A stretch of DNA of 64,000 nucleotides, taken from contig JBQTKG010000027.1 of the NCBI GenBank assembly GCA_052386315.1, forward strand, positions 89,199 through 153,198, written 5' to 3'. A model generated the notes under the pieces. It saw nothing but the letters and a program-made list of their open reading frames with translations. It searched no databases and was not told where the DNA came from. This DNA comes from Hyphomicrobiales bacterium. GTDB taxonomy: Bacteria > Pseudomonadota > Alphaproteobacteria > Rhizobiales > Aestuariivirgaceae. Positions 1 to 10,280 of the stretch are shown piece after piece (within the stretch, counting starts at the first letter, position 1; every line of letters begins with the position of its first letter). The translations under genes and the position numbers were made by a program.

Positions 1-412
1 TATAGGGACCGACCTTGAAGATTGCGTCCTCGCTCTGCTCGTGCTGGCGCAAATGCGCCCGGACGCGGGCCAGAAGGACGCCAAATCGGAAGGGTTTGGT
101 GATATAGTCGTTGGCACCCGAATCGAGCCCGAGGATAGTGTCGGAATCGGAGCTCTGGCCGGTCAGCATCAGGATCGGGCCCTTATAGCCGTTGCGGCGC
201 ATGATTTTGCAGGCCTCCCGACCGTCCATATCGGGCAGGTTCACGTCGAGGAGCACCAGATCGGCGTGATCCGCCTTGGCGGCCTTGATGCCGGCGGTGG
301 CGTTGGCCGCATCGGCAACGCTGAATTCGTCGTGCAATGCGAATTGCTCCTTGAGACTGTCGCGCAGCATGTCGTCATCGTCGACGATCAGGATTTTCTT
401 GGTCGTGGTCAT
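1..412 (-). CDS. cenR: OmpR-family response regulator, CenR-like (3' part runs off the window start)
   Basis: Not in the ORF track. Manual translation from ATG 412 gives MTTTKKILIVDDDDMLRDSLKEQFALHDEF...LLDVNLPDMDGREACK...GANDYITKPFRFGVLLARVRAHLRQHEQSEDAIFKVGPY, a REC domain resembling alphaproteobacterial CenR. Lies next to an L,D-transpeptidase, yggS and leuS. Confidence 0.8.
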   Translation of the reverse strand, partial: MTTTKKILIVDDDDMLRDSLKEQFALHDEFSVADAANATAGIKAAKADHADLVLLDVNLPDMDGREACKIMRRNGYKGPILMLTGQSSDSDTILGLDSGANDYITKPFRFGVLLARVRAHLRQHEQSEDAIFKVGPY

Positions 413-452
413 GGCTGAATTCCCGAAAGCAGGGGCTTGCCGCCCGATTCAG

Positions 453-466
453 TGATGTTACGGTGA
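453..466 (+). promoter_or_regulatory. Putative CenR binding site (TGA-N8-TGA)
   Basis: TGA tgttacgg TGA (GTGA repeated with 11-bp period) in the divergent cenR / L,D-transpeptidase intergenic region, with GATTC at 446-450 alongside. Confidence 0.5.
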
Positions 467-515
467 GCAATGCCGTTTTGAAAGCCGCCGCGCAAGACAA
501 CCCGCCGTGAGGAAA

Positions 516-1094
516 ATGCTCACATATCTTCACGTTCGCGCGATCAGCCCGCGAGCGGTGAGTGGCCTTCTGACGGCTGGGGCCCTCAGCGTACCCTGCT
601 TTTTCGGCCGTTCCGGCATGACCTTTCGCAAGCGGGAAGGCGACGGCGCGACGCCCATGGGCGTCTGGTGGCTCCGCCGCATTCTTTATCGGGCGGACCG
701 GATCGGGCCGCCGCGCGCCTTGGTAGAACCCCGTGCGATCCGGCCCCACGATGGCTGGTGCGAAGCCGTGGGAGACCGCAATTACAACCGGCTCATCCGC
801 ATACCCTATGGCTCGGGACACGAAACCCTTCGGCGCGGCGACCGGCTCTATGACATCGTCGTCGAGCTCTCGCACAATGAAAGACCGAGGATTCAAGGGC
901 ACGGCAGTGCGGTGTTCTTTCACCTGCACCGCGGCGACGGCGGCCCCACGGCGGGCTGCATCGCCGTGTCGCTGAAGGACATGAAGAAAATTCTGGCGCT
1001 GTGCGGGCCGCGCACCCGCATGGTCGTTGGGCCGGTCAGTCGCGTGCCCCGAAAATCGCCGTGCCCACCCGAACATGGGTGGCGCCGCAACTGA
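516..1094 (+). CDS. L,D-transpeptidase (YkuD-like) family protein
   Basis: REGDGATPMG and catalytic FFHL...PTAGCIA motifs. ATG 516 follows GAGG; the ORF track starts at GTG 507. Confidence 0.8.
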   Translation: MLTYLHVRAISPRAVSGLLTAGALSVPCFFGRSGMTFRKREGDGATPMGVWWLRRILYRADRIGPPRALVEPRAIRPHDGWCEAVGDRNYNRLIRIPYGSGHETLRRGDRLYDIVVELSHNERPRIQGHGSAVFFHLHRGDGGPTAGCIAVSLKDMKKILALCGPRTRMVVGPVSRVPRKSPCPPEHGWRRN

Positions 1095-1695
1095 TCGCTT
1101 CCTCGAAATCGCCGCTCATGCCCATGCTCAGTCCGGCGAGTCCGTTGCGGCGGACTATCTCGCGCAGCAATTCAAAGTGCGGGCGCGGCGCTTCATGCAG
1201 AGGCGGAATGCACATCAGTCCGGTGACGGCGAGTCCGATCCGGTGGCGGCAGTCGGCGATGAAGCGGTCAGCGTCCACCGGAGCAATGCCAGTCTTTTGC
1301 GGCTCGAGTCCGGTGTTGATCTGGATAAAGAGTTGCGGCCTCCGGCCCTGTTTGGCGATCTCGCCGGCGATGGCCTCGGCGATTTTCGGACGGTCGATGG
1401 TGTGGATGGCATCGAACAGGGCAACCGCTTCCCCCGCCTTGTTGCTCTGCAGGGGCCCGATCAGGTGCAATTCAACATCGGGTATGGCGCGTTTCAGTTC
1501 CGGCCATTTGGCCTTGGCTTCTTGAACCCGGTTCTCGCCGAACGCCCGTTGCCCGGCGGCGATCACGGTCTCGATACTGGCCGTTGCAAATGTCTTGCTG
1601 ACGGCAATCAGGGCGATACTTGCCGGATCGCGTCCGACTGCGAAGGCCGCCTCGCAAATGCGGCGCCTGACGGTGTCGAGACCTTGATAGGACAT
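1036..1695 (-). CDS. yggS: YggS family PLP homeostasis protein
   Basis: [26 protein letters not shown] and LSMGMSGDF motifs. Confidence 0.95.
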   Translation of the reverse strand: MSYQGLDTVRRRICEAAFAVGRDPASIALIAVSKTFATASIETVIAAGQRAFGENRVQEAKAKWPELKRAIPDVELHLIGPLQSNKAGEAVALFDAIHTIDRPKIAEAIAGEIAKQGRRPQLFIQINTGLEPQKTGIAPVDADRFIADCRHRIGLAVTGLMCIPPLHEAPRPHFELLREIVRRNGLAGLSMGMSGDFEEAISCGATHVRVGTAIFGARD

Positions 1696-1789
1696 GGTGC
1701 CCGCTTATGGCCATGCTTGCGGGGCATTTCAAGGACTGGTACTGCCAAGCCTGCAATCCGCAACCGGCAGAGAGAAGGGGACCCGCCGC

Positions 1790-4384
1790 TTGACGACCGA
1801 ACGCTACAATCCGCGCGACGCCGAGCCGCGCTGGCAGCGCTACTGGACCGAAAATCATTGCTTCGAGGCCCGTGAGGACCGGTCGAAGCCGAAATACTAT
1901 GTGCTCGAGATGTTTCCCTACCCCTCGGGACGCATCCATATGGGTCATGTGCGCAACTATACCATGGGCGATGTGATCGCCCGCTTCCGGCGCGCCTGCG
2001 GCTACAATGTGCTGCATCCCATGGGCTGGGACGCTTTCGGCATGCCAGCCGAGAATGCCGCCATCGAACACGGTGTGCATCCGAAATCCTGGACCTATGA
2101 GAACATCGCCGCCATGCGAGGGCAACTTAAGGCGATGGGTCTCGCCATCGATTGGAGCCGCGAGATCGCCACCTGCGATCCCGCCTACTATCGCCATGAG
2201 CAGGAAATGTTCATCGATTTCCTTGCCGCGGACCTGGTCGAACGCAAGGTTTCGACCGTCAACTGGGACCCCGTCGACAATACGGTTCTGGCCAACGAGC
2301 AGGTAATCGAAGGGCGCGGCTGGCGCTCGGGCGCGCTGGTCGAAAAGCGCGAACTGGCGCAGTGGTTCCTGAAGATCACCGCCTATTCCGATGAACTGCT
2401 GTCGGCCCTCGATCGCCTCGACCGCTGGCCGGACAAAGTCCGCCTGATGCAACGCAACTGGATCGGCCGCTCCGAGGGCATGCGCTTTTCCTTCGCACTC
2501 GAAGACGAAGCGGGCAGGATTTTCGACGAGAAGCTGACGGTCTACACGACACGGCACGACACGATTTTCGGCGCCAGCTTCTGTGCCATTTCGGTAGACC
2601 ACGATCTGGCGAAGCGACTGGTCGAAACAGATCCGGGGCTTGCCGCCTTCCGCCGCGAAGTGGCCGCCCTCGGCACCAGCGAGGAATCGATCGAACGCGC
2701 CGAGAAAAAGGGTTATCCGCTCGGTCTCTATGCCCGCCATCCCTTCCGCGAGAAGGTCCGCCTGCCGGTCTATGCCGCCAATTTCGTGCTGATGGGATAT
2801 GGCGAGGGAGCGATTTTCGGCTGTCCCGCCCACGACCAGCGCGACCTCGATTTCGCCCGTAAGTACCGTTTGCCGGTCGTGCCGGTCGTGGCGCCCAAGG
2901 GCGTGGATGCGGCATCCTTTTCGATTGACGGCGAAGCCTATCTGGAAAAAGAAGGCGACGAGACTGTCCTGATCAATTCCGATTTCCTCGATGGTTTGAG
3001 CGTGCCGGCGGCAAAGGAGGAAATCGCCCGGCGCATGGAAGCAATGAAGATCGGCGCGCGCCGGGTGAATTACCGGCTACGCGATTGGGGCGTTTCGCGT
3101 CAGCGCTATTGGGGTTGCCCCATTCCAGTGATCCATTGTGCCTCCTGCGGCATCGTGCCGGTGCCCAAGAAGGATTTGCCGGTCATCCTTCCCGATGACG
3201 TGACTTTCGACAAGCCTGGCAATCCGCTCGACCATCACCCCACCTGGAAACACGTCAATTGTCCCAGTTGCGGCGCCCAGGCGCGCCGCGAGACGGACAC
3301 TTTCGATACGTTCGTCGACTCGTCATGGTACTATGCCCGCTTCTGTTCGCCCGCCTCCATGCGCCCGGTTGATGCGGCGGCCGCCGCTTACTGGTTGCCT
3401 GTCGACCAATATATCGGCGGCGTCGAGCACGCGATCCTGCATCTGCTTTATTCACGCTTCTACGCCCGCGCCATGATGCGCACCGGTCATCTTGGCATCG
3501 CCGAACCCTTCGCCAGCCTGTTCACCCAAGGCATGGTGGTGCACGAGACTTTCCAGTCCGCTTCCGGCGAGTGGGTGTTGCCGATTGATGCGGTGCAGAA
3601 AGATGGCCGCTGGGTCCATGCCAAGACCGGCGAGCCGCTGACCGTGGGCGGCATCGAAAAGATGTCGAAGTCGAAGAGAAACGTGGTCGATCCCGAAGCG
3701 ATCATTGAGCGCTACGGTGCCGATACGGCGCGCTGGTTCATGCTCTCGGACACGCCGCCCGAACGCGACATCGAATGGACAGAGGCGGGAGTAGAGGGTG
3801 CCTGGCGATTCACCCAACGTCTCTGGCGTCTCGTCAACGAGGCGGTGCGCGAGGGATCGCCGGGCGAACCCACAGGGGAGGCGGGCGCGGCATTGGAGCT
3901 GCGCCGCGCTGCGCACCGCGCACTCGATGCGGTGACCGGCGATCTGATGAATCTGCGCTTCAACCGGTCGATCGCGCGCATCTATGAACTTGCCAATGCG
4001 CTGGGCGCGGCATTGCAATTGTCGGACCGTTCCGAGCCTGTGCGTCGCTCGATCCGTGAGGCTGCGGAAATCATTGTGCTGATGTCGGCGCCGATGATGC
4101 CGCATCTCGCCGAAGAGTGCTGGAAACAATTGGGCCATGTGAAGCCTGTCGTCGATGCCGCGTGGCCTAACTCCGATGCCGCCCTTGTCGCCGATGATTC
4201 CGTGACTATTGCTGTTCAGGTCAACGGCAAGCGCCGTGACGAGGTCCGGCTCGCCAGGGGTCTCGGCAAGGATGCGATTGAAGCAGTGGTCCTGAAGTTG
4301 GATAGTGTCGCAAGGGCTCTCGACGGCAAGCCGGTTCGCAGGGTGATCGTGGTGCCGGACCGGATCGTCAATATCGTGGGATGA
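1790..4384 (+). CDS. leuS: Leucine--tRNA ligase
   Basis: [17 protein letters not shown] (HIGH) and KMSKS. Likely TTG start at 1790 (TTERYNPR). Confidence 0.97.
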   Translation: MTTERYNPRDAEPRWQRYWTENHCFEAREDRSKPKYYVLEMFPYPSGRIHMGHVRNYTMGDVIARFRRACGYNVLHPMGWDAFGMPAENAAIEHGVHPKSWTYENIAAMRGQLKAMGLAIDWSREIATCDPAYYRHEQEMFIDFLAADLVERKVSTVNWDPVDNTVLANEQVIEGRGWRSGALVEKRELAQWFLKITAYSDELLSALDRLDRWPDKVRLMQRNWIGRSEGMRFSFALEDEAGRIFDEKLTVYTTRHDTIFGASFCAISVDHDLAKRLVETDPGLAAFRREVAALGTSEESIERAEKKGYPLGLYARHPFREKVRLPVYAANFVLMGYGEGAIFGCPAHDQRDLDFARKYRLPVVPVVAPKGVDAASFSIDGEAYLEKEGDETVLINSDFLDGLSVPAAKEEIARRMEAMKIGARRVNYRLRDWGVSRQRYWGCPIPVIHCASCGIVPVPKKDLPVILPDDVTFDKPGNPLDHHPTWKHVNCPSCGAQARRETDTFDTFVDSSWYYARFCSPASMRPVDAAAAAYWLPVDQYIGGVEHAILHLLYSRFYARAMMRTGHLGIAEPFASLFTQGMVVHETFQSASGEWVLPIDAVQKDGRWVHAKTGEPLTVGGIEKMSKSKRNVVDPEAIIERYGADTARWFMLSDTPPERDIEWTEAGVEGAWRFTQRLWRLVNEAVREGSPGEPTGEAGAALELRRAAHRALDAVTGDLMNLRFNRSIARIYELANALGAALQLSDRSEPVRRSIREAAEIIVLMSAPMMPHLAEECWKQLGHVKPVVDAAWPNSDAALVADDSVTIAVQVNGKRRDEVRLARGLGKDAIEAVVLKLDSVARALDGKPVRRVIVVPDRIVNIVG

Positions 4385-4890
4385 CGATGCAGAGAATTCG
4401 CCGCGTACTTGCCTGGTTTTCCTGCGCTGCGATGCTGGCGGTTGGCGGCTGCGGCTACCGGCCTCTATACGGAACGGCAGGCGACGACCGCGGCGTCGTG
4501 GCGGCATTGGCGTCCGTCTCGATCCCGGAGACGGATACGCGGCTTGGCCAGATCGTGCGCGGCGATCTTCTCTCGGCCATGCGCCCCGCCGGCACGGCCA
4601 CGCAGAATCGTTATGTCCTCGTGTTGCGGCCGGAGGTGAAGACCGCCAGCATCATCGACAAGCCGTTGCCAAGTATTACGCGCCGCTCGGTGCAAGTGGT
4701 CGTAAACTTCGAGTTGACGGGCAACGAGGGCGTGCTGCACAGTGGCAAGACCTTTTCGCAGGTTTCCTATGACGTAGTGCGCGAGCCCTTCGCCGACATG
4801 CAGGCGGAAGCCAATGCCATGGAACGCGCGGCCCACGAGGTGAGCATGGACATCCGCTCGCGGCTGGCCGCCTATTTTGCTTCGCATTAG
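4381..4890 (+). CDS. lptE: LPS assembly lipoprotein LptE
   Basis: Lipobox VGGC followed by GYRPLYG; leuS-lptE-holA synteny. Confidence 0.85.
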   Translation: MTMQRIRRVLAWFSCAAMLAVGGCGYRPLYGTAGDDRGVVAALASVSIPETDTRLGQIVRGDLLSAMRPAGTATQNRYVLVLRPEVKTASIIDKPLPSITRRSVQVVVNFELTGNEGVLHSGKTFSQVSYDVVREPFADMQAEANAMERAAHEVSMDIRSRLAAYFASH

Positions 4891-4898
4891 GTGATCGC

Positions 4899-5939
4899 GT
4901 GGGCGTTCTCAAGGCAGCGGCATTCGACGGATTCCTGAAGAAACTGCCGCCGGACGTGTGCGCCGTGCTGATCCATGGCGCCGATGCAGGAGTGGCTCGC
5001 GAACTCGCCAGGCGGGCAGTCGCAAAGATTGCCGGAACGGCCGATGATCCCTTCAACGTCGTGCGGCTTGACGATGCGGCCCTGGCGTCCGATCCGGGGC
5101 GCCTGGCCGATGAATTCGCGTCCCTTTCGATGCTGGGCGGTAAACGGGTGGTATGGGTTACCGATGCCGATCAGGCCTTTCTCAAGGCCGTTGAATCGAT
5201 CCTGAATGGCGGCCGCAGCGGCAATCTCATCGTGGCGGAATCCGGTAACCTCACAAAGACATCGCGGCTGCGGACGGTTTTCGAGAAGAGCGAGCGGGCA
5301 TTCGCCGTTGCTGTCTACGAGAACGACGGCGACCAGATCGCGGCACTCATCGAATCGATTTTGTCGCCGCTCGGTCTCGTTTTGGCGCCCGATGCCGGTG
5401 CGAGACTGCTGGAGTTGCTCGGTACGGACCGCGCCGCCGCCTGCCAGGAAATCCGGAAGCTGGCGACCTATTGCCTCGGCGCCAGTGAGATCAGACTCGA
5501 GGATGTCGAAGCTATTTGCGGCGACTCTTCCAGTGAGAACGCCGACGGATTGATCGATGCCGTCTTCGCCGGTGAAGTGGAGCAAGCGGACCGAGACTTC
5601 ACGGCGCTGGCCGCAGCGGGCGTCGATGCCGGCCGAATTCTCACGCTTGCCGGATCGCATGTGGTGAAACTTCAGTCGTTGAAGCTCGACATCGAGCGGG
5701 GCATGCGGGTGGAGGATGCTCTGCGATCGGCGAGGCCGCCGGTCTTCTTCAAGCGCCACGAGACGGTCCGGTTGCAGTTGCGCATCTGGGACATTGCCTC
5801 GCTGTTGTCTGCGGCAACGACGCTTTCGTCGTGCACCCTGCAGATGCGCCGCACGCCGGCACTCGCCGAAACCCTCGCCTCCCGCGACCTTTTGGCGCTG
5901 GCCCGTAACGGACGGGCGCTGCACGCCGCGCTACAATAA
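4899..5939 (+). CDS. holA: DNA polymerase III delta subunit
   Basis: LIHGADAG, DPGRLADE, SMLGGKRVVWV and RPPVFFKR motifs; synteny. Confidence 0.9.
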   Translation: MGVLKAAAFDGFLKKLPPDVCAVLIHGADAGVARELARRAVAKIAGTADDPFNVVRLDDAALASDPGRLADEFASLSMLGGKRVVWVTDADQAFLKAVESILNGGRSGNLIVAESGNLTKTSRLRTVFEKSERAFAVAVYENDGDQIAALIESILSPLGLVLAPDAGARLLELLGTDRAAACQEIRKLATYCLGASEIRLEDVEAICGDSSSENADGLIDAVFAGEVEQADRDFTALAAAGVDAGRILTLAGSHVVKLQSLKLDIERGMRVEDALRSARPPVFFKRHETVRLQLRIWDIASLLSAATTLSSCTLQMRRTPALAETLASRDLLALARNGRALHAALQ

Positions 5940-5955
5940 TCAGTATGCGGACGAA

Positions 5956-6813
5956 TTAACCGGCGCGCATCAAGCGCCGGCACAGATCCTCAAGCTGCTC
6001 CAGCGAGGCATAGCGGATGGCAATGGTGCCGCCTGCGCCCTTGGCAGCGATCTCGACCTTGAGGCCGAGCGTTTCGCCGACGCTCTTCTCCATGGCGCGT
6101 GTATCGGCATCCTTTTCCGGCCGCGGCTTGCGTGCCGCGGCCGCTGCCGCCTTCCGCGTCAGCTCTTCAGCCTCGCGCACCGACAGACCAAGCCTTATGA
6201 TCCGGTCGGCGAGTTCGGCCGGCGAATCGGTCGCTACCAATGTCCGGGCGTGACCGGCGGTGAGCCTGCCGTCCTCGATCATCTGGCGCACCGAGTCGGG
6301 CAGCGTCAGGAGCCGGAGCGTGTTGGCGATGTGGCTGCGGCTCTTGCCGACCGAATCTGCGAGCTGCTGCTGGGTGTAATTGAATTGATCGAGCAGCATT
6401 CCGTAGGCGCGGGCCTCCTCGAGCGGGTTGAGATCGCTGCGCTGGATGTTCTCGATGAGGGCGATCTCGAGGGCTTCGCCGTCGCTCAGTTCACGGATCA
6501 GAACCGGGACTTCATGGACCCCCGCCTTCTGCGCCGCCCGCCAGCGCCTTTCGCCGGCAACGATTTCAAAGTCTCCGTCGCCGCGCGGCCGCACCACCAA
6601 AGGTTGCAGAAGTCCCTTGTCGCGGATCGACTTGGCTAATTCTTCCAGATCGGCATCGGGGAAGTGTTTGCGCGGGTTGTTGGGGCCGGCATGGAGGAAT
6701 TCGACCGGTACGTGCCGCAGGCTGCGGATATCCTGCACGACGGCCTCTTCGTTCGTATCCTCGCCGATCAAGGCGGCAAGACCTCGCCCCAGCCTTTTCT
6801 TTTGTGCCTGCAT
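5956..6813 (-). CDS. parB: Chromosome partitioning protein ParB
   Basis: KRLGRGLAALIG, GLLQPLVVR, AGERRWRAA, ENIQRSDLNPLEEA and HTH GKSRSHIAN. Start at 6813 or 6828. Confidence 0.96.
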   Translation of the reverse strand: MQAQKKRLGRGLAALIGEDTNEEAVVQDIRSLRHVPVEFLHAGPNNPRKHFPDADLEELAKSIRDKGLLQPLVVRPRGDGDFEIVAGERRWRAAQKAGVHEVPVLIRELSDGEALEIALIENIQRSDLNPLEEARAYGMLLDQFNYTQQQLADSVGKSRSHIANTLRLLTLPDSVRQMIEDGRLTAGHARTLVATDSPAELADRIIRLGLSVREAEELTRKAAAAAARKPRPEKDADTRAMEKSVGETLGLKVEIAAKGAGGTIAIRYASLEQLEDLCRRLMRAG

Positions 6814-6886
6814 CTTGCCGCTGTCCAAGTTCTGTGAGTATCCCGTACCGGCTCCGATACGATTGAGCGTTACGCCAACGAATCGA

Positions 6887-7720
6887 TCATGCCGCCCGCA
6901 GTTCCCGTTCGCGCCGGATCACTTCCGAAGCGAGTTTGATATAGGCCTGCGACCCGCTGCAGCTGTTGTCATAAAGCAGAACCGGTTTACCGTAGGACGG
7001 CGCTTCCGACACCCGCACATTGCGCGGTATGACCGTCTGGTAGACCTTGTCGCCGAGCACGCTGCGCACGTCCTCCGCCACCTGTTCCGACAGGCTGTTA
7101 CGGCGATCGAACATCGTGAGTACCACACCCTGGATGGCGAGCCGCGGGTTGAGATTTGCCTTCACCCGCTCAACTGTTTTGAGCAGTTGGCTCAAGCCCT
7201 CGAGCGCGAAGAATTCGCACTGCAGGGGCACCAGTATGGCATCTGCCGCCGACAGTGAATTGATGGTGAGGAGATTGAGCGACGGTGGGCAGTCGACCAG
7301 AATATAGCTGTAGCGCCGGGAAGGGCTGGTCTCGGCCTGCAGCCGCTTGATGGCGTCGGCCAGCCGGTAGGTCTTGCGGTCGATTTCCGCCAGTTCCAGT
7401 TCGGCGCCGAGCAGGTCCATGGTCGAAGGCGCGCAGTAAAGACGCGGAATACCCGATTCGACGATCACCCCCCGCAGCTCCGCCTCGCCCACTAGCACAT
7501 GATAGGAGGATTTTTGCCCAGGCTTGCGGGCAATGCCAAGGCCGGTGCTGGCATTACCTTGCGGGTCGAGATCAATAATAAGCACCGTCTCGCCCACCGC
7601 CGCCAGAGCCGTGCCGAGATTAATGGCGGTCGTGGTCTTGCCGACGCCGCCCTTCTGATTGGCCACCGCGAGAATGCGGGCGCCGGGCGGCCGGGCAAAC
7701 GGGAAATCAGGATGGGACAC
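6887..7720 (-). CDS. parA: Chromosome partitioning ATPase ParA
   Basis: NQKGGVGKTT, DLDPQGNAS, DCPPSL and PRNVRVSEAPSYG motifs. Confidence 0.96.
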   Translation of the reverse strand: MSHPDFPFARPPGARILAVANQKGGVGKTTTAINLGTALAAVGETVLIIDLDPQGNASTGLGIARKPGQKSSYHVLVGEAELRGVIVESGIPRLYCAPSTMDLLGAELELAEIDRKTYRLADAIKRLQAETSPSRRYSYILVDCPPSLNLLTINSLSAADAILVPLQCEFFALEGLSQLLKTVERVKANLNPRLAIQGVVLTMFDRRNSLSEQVAEDVRSVLGDKVYQTVIPRNVRVSEAPSYGKPVLLYDNSCSGSQAYIKLASEVIRRERELRAA

Positions 7721-8345
7721 GGGAGGCCTCCTTAACGGCCAGTATGACGCCCTGCGAATCAGTCACGCTCGGGTGCTTTTCTACAATGATTCTCCAGGAT
7801 TTGGCCGCCTCGGTCAATTCGGCATCCAATCCTCGTCCTTTGTGAAAGAGTCCAGTGCCTCCGGCTGCGAGGAAGGGCGCTGCCAGGTCGAGCAGCCTAC
7901 CGAGCGGTGCCAAGGCCCGTGCGGTCACCACTTCCACGTGCGGACGGCCGGGGTCTGAACCGATCGTCTCGATCCTCACCTGGTGAATGATCGCCCTAGC
8001 CTCGCATTGCCGGGCTGCCTCGCCCAGGAATGCGGCCTTCTTACCGTTGCTTTCGTAAAGATGGGCTTCAAGGCCGGTGGCGACAGCGAGAACCAGACCG
8101 GGAATTCCCGCACCCGAACCCAGATCGGCGATGATCCTAGTTCGCGGCGGAATGAGCGGGATCAACTGCAGGGCATCGAGAATATGGCGCTGCCACACCT
8201 GGCTCGCTGCCGCAGGTCCGATCAGATTGATGCGCCGTTGCCATTGCAGCAGGAGGGCCACGTAGCGCTCGAGCCTGACCGATGATTCACGTGAAACATT
8301 GAAACGCTGCAGAAATTCTTCCGGCAGCGGCCCCGCCATGGCCAC
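7707..8345 (-). CDS. rsmG: 16S rRNA m7G527 methyltransferase RsmG (GidB)
   Basis: RHILD, DLGSGAGIPG and VTARALAPL motifs; synteny. Confidence 0.95.
   Translation of the reverse strand: MAMAGPLPEEFLQRFNVSRESSVRLERYVALLLQWQRRINLIGPAAASQVWQRHILDALQLIPLIPPRTRIIADLGSGAGIPGLVLAVATGLEAHLYESNGKKAAFLGEAARQCEARAIIHQVRIETIGSDPGRPHVEVVTARALAPLGRLLDLAAPFLAAGGTGLFHKGRGLDAELTEAAKSWRIIVEKHPSVTDSQGVILAVKEASRVPS
8283..8298. promoter_or_regulatory. parS site inside rsmG
   Basis: TGATTCACGTGAAACA, one mismatch to TGTTTCACGTGAAACA; read as VSRES in RsmG. Confidence 0.8.
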
Positions 8346-10210
8346 TAGGCGCTCTTGCGGCCGGTCCCGCGCCTGACATGACCGAGGAGGACTGCCAGCG
8401 CCGATGGCGTTATGCCGTCGATACGGGCGGCCTGACCGAGGGTCGCCGGCCGCACGCGGGAGAGCTTCGAGCGCATTTCCGCCGACAGGCTCGGGATGGC
8501 CGCGTAGTCCAGTTCATCCGGGAGAATCAGCTGTTCTTCCTTGCGCAGCGCAACGATCTCCGCCTCTTGCCTGTGGGAATAACCGGCATAGACCGCGTCT
8601 GCCTCCAGTGCCGCAATGGCAAATGCCGGTAGTGCGCCAAGCTCAGGCCAGATTGACCGGACGCACTCCATCCCCACCTCGGGCATTGCGATGAGGTCCG
8701 AAGCGCTGCGCTGCTGGCCATCCTGGTTAACCTTCAGGCCCAGCTTGGCTGCGGCCGAGGAGGTCATGCCGAGACTGCCGGCAAGGGTTCGCGCCTGCAT
8801 GAGGACCGACTGGCGCGCCCGAAAGCCCGTAGTCCGGACCTCGCCGGCAATACCGAGTTCAATGGCTTTCGGCGTCAGCCGCTCGTCCGCGTTATCGGCC
8901 CGCAGCGTCAGCCGATACTCGGCTCGCGAGGTGAACATCCGGTAGGGCTCTGAGACGCCGCGGGTGACCAGATCGTCGATCATCACGCCGATGTAACCTT
9001 CGGCCCGGTCGAACACGGCGGCGTCCAGGCCGCCGGCCCGCCGGGCCGCATTGAGACCGGCAACGAGCCCTTGGGCCGCCGCCTCCTCATAACCGGTCGT
9101 ACCGTTGATCTGGCCCGCCAGAAACAGACCGCCGATCGCCTTCACTTCGAGAGCGGCAGTGAGTTCGCGGGGGTCGACATAGTCATACTCGATGGCATAG
9201 CCGGGCCGCAGTATGTGAACCTTCTCGAGCCCGGGAATGGTTCGGATGAAGCCATGTTGGATGTCTTCCGGCAGGGAGGTGGAAATCCCGTTTGGGTAGA
9301 CCGTGTGGTCATCCAGCCCTTCCGGTTCGAGGAAAATCTGGTGCGAAGACCTGTCCCGAAAACGGAAGATCTTGTCCTCGATCGACGGGCAGTACCGCGG
9401 ACCGGCGCTCTCGATCTGACCGGAATACATCGGCGAGCGATGCAGATTGTCGGCGATAAGCCGGTGCGTCGCGTCCGTCGTCTGGGTGATGAAGCAAGAA
9501 ATCTGCGGTGTGACGATGCGCTCCGTGAGAAACGAAAACGGCACCGGTTCGGTATCGCCGGGCTGTTCCTCCAGCCGCTCCCAGGCAATCGTCCTGCCGT
9601 CGAGCCTGGCCGGCGTCCCGGTCTTGAGGCGCCCGAGCTTGAGGCCGGCATCCATAAGCTGCTGCGACAGTCCAAGCGCCGGCGGATCGCCGGCGCGGCC
9701 CGCCGGAATCTTCTTCTCGCCGATATGGATTAACCCGCGCAGGAACGTGCCCGTCGTCACTACAACGGTACGGCCGCGAATCGTTCGGCCATCCTCGGTG
9801 AGGATTCCCGCAACCTTGCGCCCTTCGAGAATGAGGCCGCTAACCGCGCCTTCGATGACGGCGAGATTTTCATGTTCGCGGATTTCACCTTGCATCGCCA
9901 GCCGGTAGAGCTTGCGGTCGGCCTGGGCGCGCGGTCCCCGCACGGCAGGTCCCTTGGAGCGATTAAGCATGCGGAATTGAATCCCGGCCCGGTCGGCAAC
10001 CCGGCCCATGAGTCCATCGAGTGCGTCGATCTCGCGCACCAGATGTCCCTTGCCCAATCCGCCGATGGCCGGATTGCACGACATCTCGCCGACGCTGACG
10101 AACTTGTGGGTGACGAGGGCCGTGCGCGCGCCGGCCCGTGCCGCAGCACTCGCCGCTTCGCATCCGGCGTGTCCGCCGCCCACCACGATTACATCGTAAC
10201 TCGCTGCCAT
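8345..10210 (-). CDS. mnmG: tRNA U34 carboxymethylaminomethyl modification enzyme MnmG (GidA)
   Basis: [33 protein letters not shown] and [13 protein letters not shown] motifs. Confidence 0.97.
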   Translation of the reverse strand: MAASYDVIVVGGGHAGCEAASAAARAGARTALVTHKFVSVGEMSCNPAIGGLGKGHLVREIDALDGLMGRVADRAGIQFRMLNRSKGPAVRGPRAQADRKLYRLAMQGEIREHENLAVIEGAVSGLILEGRKVAGILTEDGRTIRGRTVVVTTGTFLRGLIHIGEKKIPAGRAGDPPALGLSQQLMDAGLKLGRLKTGTPARLDGRTIAWERLEEQPGDTEPVPFSFLTERIVTPQISCFITQTTDATHRLIADNLHRSPMYSGQIESAGPRYCPSIEDKIFRFRDRSSHQIFLEPEGLDDHTVYPNGISTSLPEDIQHGFIRTIPGLEKVHILRPGYAIEYDYVDPRELTAALEVKAIGGLFLAGQINGTTGYEEAAAQGLVAGLNAARRAGGLDAAVFDRAEGYIGVMIDDLVTRGVSEPYRMFTSRAEYRLTLRADNADERLTPKAIELGIAGEVRTTGFRARQSVLMQARTLAGSLGMTSSAAAKLGLKVNQDGQQRSASDLIAMPEVGMECVRSIWPELGALPAFAIAALEADAVYAGYSHRQEAEIVALRKEEQLILPDELDYAAIPSLSAEMRSKLSRVRPATLGQAARIDGITPSALAVLLGHVRRGTGRKSA

Positions 10211-10257
10211 GCGCGGCTCTTTAATGGAACGGGCCCTCCCGGTCAAAGGTACGCCCT

Positions 10258-10273
10258 CGTTTCACGTGAAACA
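10258..10273. promoter_or_regulatory. parS centromere site (mnmE-mnmG intergenic)
   Basis: CGTTTCACGTGAAACA, with a perfect 14-bp palindromic core. Confidence 0.9.
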
Positions 10274-10280
10274 GGTTTAG

